In this document: positions 60,501-64,000 of the stretch, piece by piece | Layout of the letters: each line of letters opens with the position of its first letter | Position numbering within the stretch: position 1 is the first letter of the stretch | Source of the DNA: a virus | DNA: 64,000 bases | Strand: one strand, 5' to 3' | IMG/VR virus record: IMGVR_UViG_3300031788_000007 | Location: 1-64,000 of that record | Made by a program: the position numbers and the translations under genes | Notes under the pieces: generated by a model | Told to the model about the DNA's origin: nothing | The model's database searches: none | The model's input: the letters and a program-made list of their open reading frames with translations, nothing else

Positions 60501-63003
60501 GATGTCTGGAGGAGGCAAGGGGTCAGATTGGGCCACTCTCTATCAGGAGAAGCCGAGACGGTGGGAGCCACCTAACAGACCGTTGACCATCGAAGACCTC
60601 AAGATTCGCCGGGCGGTCAATGCGGCGGCCGACAAAGCAGCGGCGAACCCACAGATACCGCACGAAGAGGTCACCATGACGGCTGCGAGGGCCGAGGAGG
60701 TCGCCAAAGCCGCGCCAGAGGGAGTCGACAAAGAGGCGGCGGGTAGAGATGCCGTTGGCGGGCACCTGAAGGGCCTTGGCTACGTCCAAGACCCTCTCAC
60801 TGGCGAGTGGAAGACCCCAGAGAAGATTGAGCCGGCGCCGCCCAGCGGAGAGATCGAGGCTGCCAATCGCTCAGTCGCCAACCGACTTGTCGGATTCACG
60901 TTAAGCCAAGAGCAGAACATCCTCTCAGAAACAAGGCGCATGGGAGTGCCAGAACTCGGGCGGCAAATTGTCGGTATGGGGCGCTCATACTCCGGGCTTG
61001 TAAAAAATCATCTAGCGGACCTGCGCAATTCCCTATCTACAATCATGCGAAACAATGGTCTGAACCCGCACAATGAGAAGGTGATGCGTGACATCTTCGA
61101 CGTTGTGATGGGGAAGAGGGCCGTTGCCGATCCGCGAGTCAACAAGGGCGCAGAAGAAGTGCGTGTTTTGATGGGAGACATCCGCGAGAAGGGAGCCGCT
61201 GGCGGGTTGGCGGTGCGGACTCCAGATGGAAGAATAGTGCCGTGGGCGGATTTTCAGAACGATCCGAGCTACATGCCGCGGATAGCGGACTGGAACGCGA
61301 AGTTCACGGACGCGGAAGGCAAGACGTACACCCTGAAGGAGATCATGGGCGGAACCTTCGGTGAGATCAGGGCGAAGGAGTTACTGGCAAAGAAACTCAA
61401 AGAAGACGGCAATCCCATGTCTGCCGACAGAGCCTATCAACTCATCAAGCGTGAGCGGCTACAGGCACCCGTGCAGGGCAATATCCAGAGAACGAACGAG
61501 GTGAACTTCCCGTTTATCAGGAAGGACTATGGGGCGATCGACAACTACTTCAAGCAGTATTCACGGGCAATGGCGACCGAGAAAGTGTTTGGCTCGGACC
61601 TAAGAAAACTGCAAAAGGAGATTGGGAAGATCCCGAACAAGCAATTCAGGACAGATGTAGAGCAGATGTTCGGCTATATGTTCACGCCGCAAAACTGGGA
61701 TTCGGACCTGGGGGCGGTCTACAACGTCCTGTCCGCAGCGGAGACGGCCACAAAGATGTTCCCGTTCTCTGTAACAAAGGTGTTGTTCCATGCTGGGAAC
61801 GCGCCAATGATTATCGGCAAGACAGGCCACTACATGCCCGTCCTGAAGGCTGCATTCAAGGCGGCAACTGACCTCAAGGCCGTCAAAGAGAACGCCTATT
61901 TGGTTGGCACGATCGCGCATGGTGTCGATCCGGCAGTGATGTATATGCCGGATACGAAGACACAGCACGGCCTTTTCAAGTGGACTGGATTTGAGTACAT
62001 CTACAACGTGGCGCGAGCCATTGGCGGAGAGTCTGCGCGGGTCTACCTCGACCAGTACGCCGCGAACGACCTGAAGAAAGGCGGCAATACTGAGGTGCGG
62101 GCGCGAAGACTTCTGAAGAACTCGCTGCTCATTGGAGATCACGCCATTGACGAGTTCTTGAGAACAGGTAAGTGGGACCGCGATAGTTACAGGCTTGCTC
62201 AGGTTGCATTTGCCGACGAGTCACTATACTCGGAAAATCCAATGCAGATGCCGGAGTTTGCGCGTAGGAGAATCGCAGGAGAGGGATTAAGCTCCACGGA
62301 CAAGTATCTGAATATGGGCCTCCGGGCGTCCTATTCTCTCCAGTCGTTCACCGCCAAGACCTACTCAATGCTGAAAGAGCATCTCTACGATGAAGTGGTA
62401 CTCCACCATAATCTTCGTCCGCTCGCTTACGCGATGGTTGTGTCGCCGGTTATCGGGCAAATGCTGCAAGGAGTATCCTCGGCCGCAAAGGGCGGGGTAC
62501 ACCGTTTGGCGCAGTACGGCTTAGATAGGCCGCATACCGAGGATGCCTGGGATAAGTGGCTTTCGCAATTCTCTGGGATGAAGGACCATCCCGCTGCAAC
62601 CTTTCTGAAACTCTATGTCGACGGTCTTTGCGCACAGTGGGCTCTTGAGCGGACGAAGCGGCTGGCGGATGCGTTGTTTAACCTGTCTATAGATGACAAG
62701 CCTAGCCTAAAATCTGCAAAAGATACCGGGATGTATTTGTTGAACGATGAGGTTGAGCAGGATATAGGCCCCATCTGGACAGACACGGTAATGCGACCTT
62801 TTATTGACTTCCCAGCGGCCGAGATACAATCGGAAGCAGTAAGCGAGTCGCAGGAGCATCACGGCAAGCCAAGCAGTTTTTGGGATCGAACGGGGAAAAA
62901 CGTTGTGCGGGAATTGAGGGATACTGTGCCTGTACTCAGACAAGAGCCGGATGTGGAAGAATATCTCGCGCCGAAAAAGAGTGGAAAGTGGCAGGTTCCT
63001 TAG
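51517..63003 (+). CDS. giant polyvalent internal virion protein (ParB-like, HExxH zincin, SF2/Strawberry-notch-like helicase)
   Basis: GPSIVD..VVGGNRR (~55840), FIHEFAH (57577), AGSGKT (58948), IADESG (59221), VSATP, AGGIGINL, EQSLARTWR. Confidence 0.85.
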   Translation: MAVLDQTEAQIPVGLTPIPLGQAPSSEAKIPAGLTPIPLGSQQSSPNFGVKSQTQATHAVTPPVDVKSSIPAGLTPIPKEDSHVDAFMAGIRKPAALRQQVYDYTVGSGYNADQGRQRQNEYDYAIKNGMNPQRAQEFALGMQFEGGTPKYNLTDQEKSDLYGKAKQAAEGFKSGQQKTIESHFLGESLLPGDDETYRQNIDPDEYARNYVKGYTYARSQGWDEGKAQEYATSDAASQWMTRAGEWIDPKWHSVKSAILNVIPGISKPEERAENPFFATNQGYRENQFHVYHEAAWLDEHVGKVAGSVDAGLGNVVNGFSTPGMAALMVASEGQGLLARGGIGAAEEVETANLATRALGRVARAGGRQLGRSAAASEEIDSAQALRAAENAEKAIRAIRDARLPVSAQKVARTFNKLVTVGFTAQMAQGSAEQLEQAAKTAFPGEGKDGDSALAVEYAVEGLVSGLMAVQGGNHLRHEHLLTSDLNSKTAEMYGPQKLSDVGGLHEGPRQNAATKFGDLDPYRQAAVIQRLIEDDPKYKAAEDASEKEQKRLAKKIAYRYNTALQQAWNPNAVDRMVRVIDNHRAANEWYGARQKAEDEARKHYLDQITKLIDLHKQDKADEEELVKAEAERRAAAREGRPVRKTVDAQKREESRKVTLTNAAQIAEHRQGVVDARDVADKETAEQERSEAQDSTTNSQKEWDDRYARVYGMHARNNPDWSMPRLHGETLDIVGERPKEDKQGELRHPDEVTDDQGYVSYRSQVFGGEEHHFGVAQTPDGKWGVYRKTPDGIEYLGAGGIFDGQPQESYLAPNEETAKALAQITSLRVNADYALEEHGTTPEREAERKQLRDLEHSLVDGTITGEQARKAAGLPEEAQEAQAKEKANHEIEAARAGALNGPLHGRTKAQYEDEFLAGLEEAGWEPETIEAMIDTLPLQLRMEAENNLHYVGRSGDWIASKKGVTWVLDSKGMLQPDDGMSAPIPLMKNGRYSTQAIDLSMSGRVGFGQRSWEDAKVEEAKEREANQQLENLVGNVADELQRAIELSKQNAGLQMEAGELPLERPAPKPRSRFAPPVEGQMAESPERETDRAVQEGHEAIQAEQRAFDEAWITFMAEDLAANHETPWQLIERVAKNSGMTPQEVLALQLERLAPTDTVDGRIQRLKAGDTITDKMGLPWVVRADRNGTLYLRKGQGARIHVNKFKPSDDVRRIVGTGEVQPAPGPRWTPEDVRKAAYEPAYISRRNEVIEEVKQRETGEIKEHPPATPEVAERQAVAAEDRETQVNDAAVAATAAAVDPPPKATDKEIDEAISKAEELRKVTEAAARQAAAARGRTAGPGEYPQKAPITSKRVPGRAWAVGHDGYIQTIASKIPMHRELVKLNQLTPSFRWNGNMLERVTEYPEQMQDVPPDEATRSQLLADAQPVRYDVDQFLDPGYGPERGPSIVDIGGDVVGGNRRLLRMLKYLELIHGDKEALAAFRAKMAEYAGKNGMVYPEGDEIYIPVRMLDEPIGTIAKATELGHLFNKKASHGIDENAKSITYGRMLYEAQRTEEALGRNGVLDRIADEFNRAETPRDAMANKPGFFANIVRNELGIGGEDQSDWFNKNPKGEYEFLSTNGKEKLEKALLATVLKNPSTIDALGSSTAYDSLLKSIGPLTRLRAVPDKDIISVIEEAISATATTERKRVDGDSPRVRWNKTFGEREFFSDEKPLDEPGRMVEAIWRALHDRKTTRFKNALNDYLVGEGTQRGFFDPAEHGLKTPADLFNAAFEDELKDVRDSRGLQLDEAKSGKFKGDNASGMRTFLDTLSWELTQDQFDAALENRDNYGDESVEDAKRSEEGKPPQEAPKPEGVSKKMFITKQDERDLKGLGWKQEQINAMKPEEAQEILSLGKQAPKGFKPPEPPAPKPEADLSAAKAEKGYVTPDELEKFISDHPATADHAPEIMRTARMMAEYVFDSDPPEGVEKKDALAWVLEQRVAKLAYEEKGKGRGSYSDPEIEKGIGTRILKLTKASDETTFIHEFAHVIFPMLSQEDMRAIDTITGEKGEHWKHGDPLRGEAYKTVSEKFAHGLEKFLRDENPTGFSAEVKKVLAKVKEMFQAAYLRFRSDPLSTFNLSEDAKEVFANMFHIEDLDPADDFRKQREEARKADAKQKKGMVKPEAALHPIQQLAKDLGPKPVQILESIDGSVEDSSGERVDPSKPMAAFVYDDEEHAAQAYLKAAEEGSGVAGVEFVQTKDGKYAVRFNVKAKVPKDILYQDAQEKHPGLRLEDMEAKLKTTTSPILKKFLETQIGRLKAEIRNEPRPQVEPGLAKQAIAEVKRGTEGRKTDTGRAGVSDLRGVPDGNPGDAKQAGVGRLSRPPIMGMPGHASAGGAADRNRPGGGSSQPVNLANVTPVRLQPFERGRGTPVGILAGEKFDEKVWRDGLKRAGLPENMPAPTVTLSPEVARTLKYAGQKQIVQTVLSALEQGDGAVIASVAGSGKTWTEMGVVKETILRNPDAKVLVITMNRGLLEEGDDAVRQVAKNGYDLKVETDILDKPPEPGVYGATYQRLLNNSIYAQTQWDLVIADESGAARNWYRDENQQGKLLKAVMDNAKKGVYVSATPFHSPNEYGYAEKLNLWPKGGFEDWIKNNFAHEKIGDKVVAKLDPAKQAKLREQMVERGQFISQQISYDGFSVHFGVVPVTDVVERKLDRIHQGIAVMKRELLKQGKKGLSERVSAFEATYTKAYLERSRLPEAIEVAKKARAQGWQVAIFSETTSEDLFRRPVGPKEEPGTYRLLDEETGGQISRIMPEFPNIADELKAEFGDEMGDYSGVGNTDAQREEAKQAFLKGKKKVLYTSYAAGGIGINLQDKDGDKPRISIFLGPPYSGILLEQSLARTWRLGVKSNARAVFLATDSEPDIRLMATKIGPRMRALSAAVLGDRDSLASVMTNYTDEEKMREHQDMMAFDQGNEVKVDAQGFQVRSKRKVNFDNWSSITFPNAEEAKNKGMQVEMSGGGKGSDWATLYQEKPRRWEPPNRPLTIEDLKIRRAVNAAADKAAANPQIPHEEVTMTAARAEEVAKAAPEGVDKEAAGRDAVGGHLKGLGYVQDPLTGEWKTPEKIEPAPPSGEIEAANRSVANRLVGFTLSQEQNILSETRRMGVPELGRQIVGMGRSYSGLVKNHLADLRNSLSTIMRNNGLNPHNEKVMRDIFDVVMGKRAVADPRVNKGAEEVRVLMGDIREKGAAGGLAVRTPDGRIVPWADFQNDPSYMPRIADWNAKFTDAEGKTYTLKEIMGGTFGEIRAKELLAKKLKEDGNPMSADRAYQLIKRERLQAPVQGNIQRTNEVNFPFIRKDYGAIDNYFKQYSRAMATEKVFGSDLRKLQKEIGKIPNKQFRTDVEQMFGYMFTPQNWDSDLGAVYNVLSAAETATKMFPFSVTKVLFHAGNAPMIIGKTGHYMPVLKAAFKAATDLKAVKENAYLVGTIAHGVDPAVMYMPDTKTQHGLFKWTGFEYIYNVARAIGGESARVYLDQYAANDLKKGGNTEVRARRLLKNSLLIGDHAIDEFLRTGKWDRDSYRLAQVAFADESLYSENPMQMPEFARRRIAGEGLSSTDKYLNMGLRASYSLQSFTAKTYSMLKEHLYDEVVLHHNLRPLAYAMVVSPVIGQMLQGVSSAAKGGVHRLAQYGLDRPHTEDAWDKWLSQFSGMKDHPAATFLKLYVDGLCAQWALERTKRLADALFNLSIDDKPSLKSAKDTGMYLLNDEVEQDIGPIWTDTVMRPFIDFPAAEIQSEAVSESQEHHGKPSSFWDRTGKNVVRELRDTVPVLRQEPDVEEYLAPKKSGKWQVP
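58478..58696 (+). CDS. candidate overprinted acidic 72-aa protein inside giant ORF
   Basis: GGAGGT SD before GTG; +1 frame reads like a natural protein while main frame is a G/R/P-rich linker. Confidence 0.55.
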   Translation: MAQKGERQTRDERGYPTYEEYLMEILGMQSKQELDDFLGRPSWGCLDMQVPEVPPIEIDPEEEVLSQLTSQT

Positions 63004-63050
63004 TAGGAGTATGATTTTAATGTCTTCAGATTTGAAGACGAGGAGGACGT

Positions 63051-63224
63051 ATGGAGAAAGCGATAACTTTTGTGGAAGGAACGCAAACATGGATTGGCAA
63101 CCTTACAGAGAAGCGCGACAGGCTTCTTCGGGACGCCGAGCGTGTCAGCAAAGCAATCGCCTTTCTAGAGGCGCACCCGGAATTGGTAGAACTGTATACG
63201 GAGTATGTGGAAATAATGCCCTAA
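63051..63224 (+). CDS. small hypothetical protein (57 aa)
   Basis: GAGGAGG SD; translated by hand MEKAITFVEG...YVEIMP; TATGAT box at 63010. Confidence 0.65.
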   Translation: MEKAITFVEGTQTWIGNLTEKRDRLLRDAERVSKAIAFLEAHPELVELYTEYVEIMP

Positions 63225-63874
63225 GTAGAAGACTGGGAAGTGGGCCGTTCCTTAACCGACTCCAAAATTTGGAGTACCTGTTGCGCCAACTTGACCTTTT
63301 GAGCGAAGTCGGCTTTCTGTGATTCAGTGACGATCATTGAAAGCCGCTGCTGGAGGGCTTCATCGGCGCGGAACTCTTTATCGGTAGGGATGAGTGAGAC
63401 TTCAGCCGACAGGCGGGAGCGGAAGAGTTCAATCATCTCGGAGAGCAAGAATGGCGCGAGTTGTTTATGGAGAGTCTTTTTAGACCTTTTGAGCATCGTT
63501 TCTCGCACAAACAACGGAGAGTAGAGAAAGTGTTTTTTATCAACCCGCACAGAAGGAATAGCGTGTCTCAGTACGTATCGTCCCATCATTATCTGGCTCA
63601 TGCCGAGGAGTTCGGCACACTCGCCCTGAGTGAGTAATGCTTTTTCAGTGAGGCCGGCGGGAACGGGGAAGTGGCGCCTGTGGATGATGGCGCCCAGGCG
63701 AAGCTGCTCTGCGTACTCGGGGGTGGGGTCGAGGTAACGCTTATCGGGGTTCTTCCCAATGACAGCCAAGCAGCCCTTCCGTTCGAGGGTACGGACCTGT
63801 CTAGGGGACAGCCGTAGGCGGTCACAGATGCCGGAGAGGGAGAGCCATGTCTGTTCAGAGGATGGGTTGTGCAT
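63221..63874 (-). CDS. MerR/excisionase-like HTH DNA-binding protein
   Basis: WLSLSGICDRLRLSPRQVR and LLTQGECAELLGMS...IPSVRV winged-HTH-like units. Confidence 0.7.
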   Translation of the reverse strand: MHNPSSEQTWLSLSGICDRLRLSPRQVRTLERKGCLAVIGKNPDKRYLDPTPEYAEQLRLGAIIHRRHFPVPAGLTEKALLTQGECAELLGMSQIMMGRYVLRHAIPSVRVDKKHFLYSPLFVRETMLKRSKKTLHKQLAPFLLSEMIELFRSRLSAEVSLIPTDKEFRADEALQQRLSMIVTESQKADFAQKVKLAQQVLQILESVKERPTSQSST

Positions 63875-64000
63875 TCTTGCGCCTCCGGGGATGGGATGCC
63901 GCGGCCATTGCGGAGAACGTATCCGAAGGCAGGTTGCGCTTCTCTGCGCTGACGGAGCCGAGCTTGCGGAAGAAGTCAGGATCGGCTTTCGATAGCTTGA

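Larger units (their letters stand above)
627..63275. repeat. dispersed 17-bp palindrome ASTCCAAAWTTTGGAST, 15 copies
   Basis: Starts at 627, 4329, 8431 (one core mismatch), 11850, 16595, 16928, 24782, 28975, 32016, 40469, 46534, 49764, 51649, 58050, 63259; 14 have the exact core TCCAAA(A/T)TTTGGA. Confidence 0.97.

Noticed and set aside
52081-62142. Many minus-strand ORFs within the giant gene
   Set aside because: Antisense shadows without SDs or motifs
627-63275. Palindromes as a CRISPR array
   Set aside because: Copies are kilobases apart, only 17 bp, with no spacer periodicity and no cas genes
1-64000. Stop-codon reassignment; host assignment
   Set aside because: Genes are full-length in the standard code and TAG is used as a stop; nothing in the window fixes the host taxon

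Overview
This window is part of a tailed dsDNA bacteriophage genome, read in the standard genetic code, with almost all genes on the + strand. No integrase, DNA polymerase, rRNA, tRNA or CRISPR array was seen. Layout: (1) 1-8.4 kb, small early/accessory hypothetical genes. (2) 8.4-9.1 kb, a non-coding GC-rich then AT-rich switch, a candidate terminus/pac/ori. (3) 9-13 kb, accessory genes including a peptide deformylase. (4) 13.3-28.7 kb, packaging and head module: TerS, TerL, portal, scaffold, major capsid, decoration and adaptor genes, with GNRA-rich structured intergenic RNAs and several tiny K/R-rich proteins. (5) 29-41.5 kb, an accessory block: second peptide deformylase, HNH proteins, RNA ligase, and a GT4/B12-radical-SAM/methyltransferase/2xGT2 cluster. 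(6) 41.5-63 kb, a podovirus-like tail hub and ejection module ending in a 3828-aa polyvalent protein (ParB-like, HExxH, SF2 helicase). Three observations stand out. First, the phage carries stand-alone copies of pieces of its own packaging and capsid proteins: a degenerate TerL ATPase domain, a TerL nuclease domain, and a major-capsid N-terminus fused to a Tat-like signal. Second, a 17-bp palindrome ASTCCAAAWTTTGGAST occurs 15 times across the window, including inside genes. Third, the head operon holds multi-stem RNAs and a 16-aa protamine-like peptide. All product calls come from motif recognition and synteny by eye; no database searches were run.
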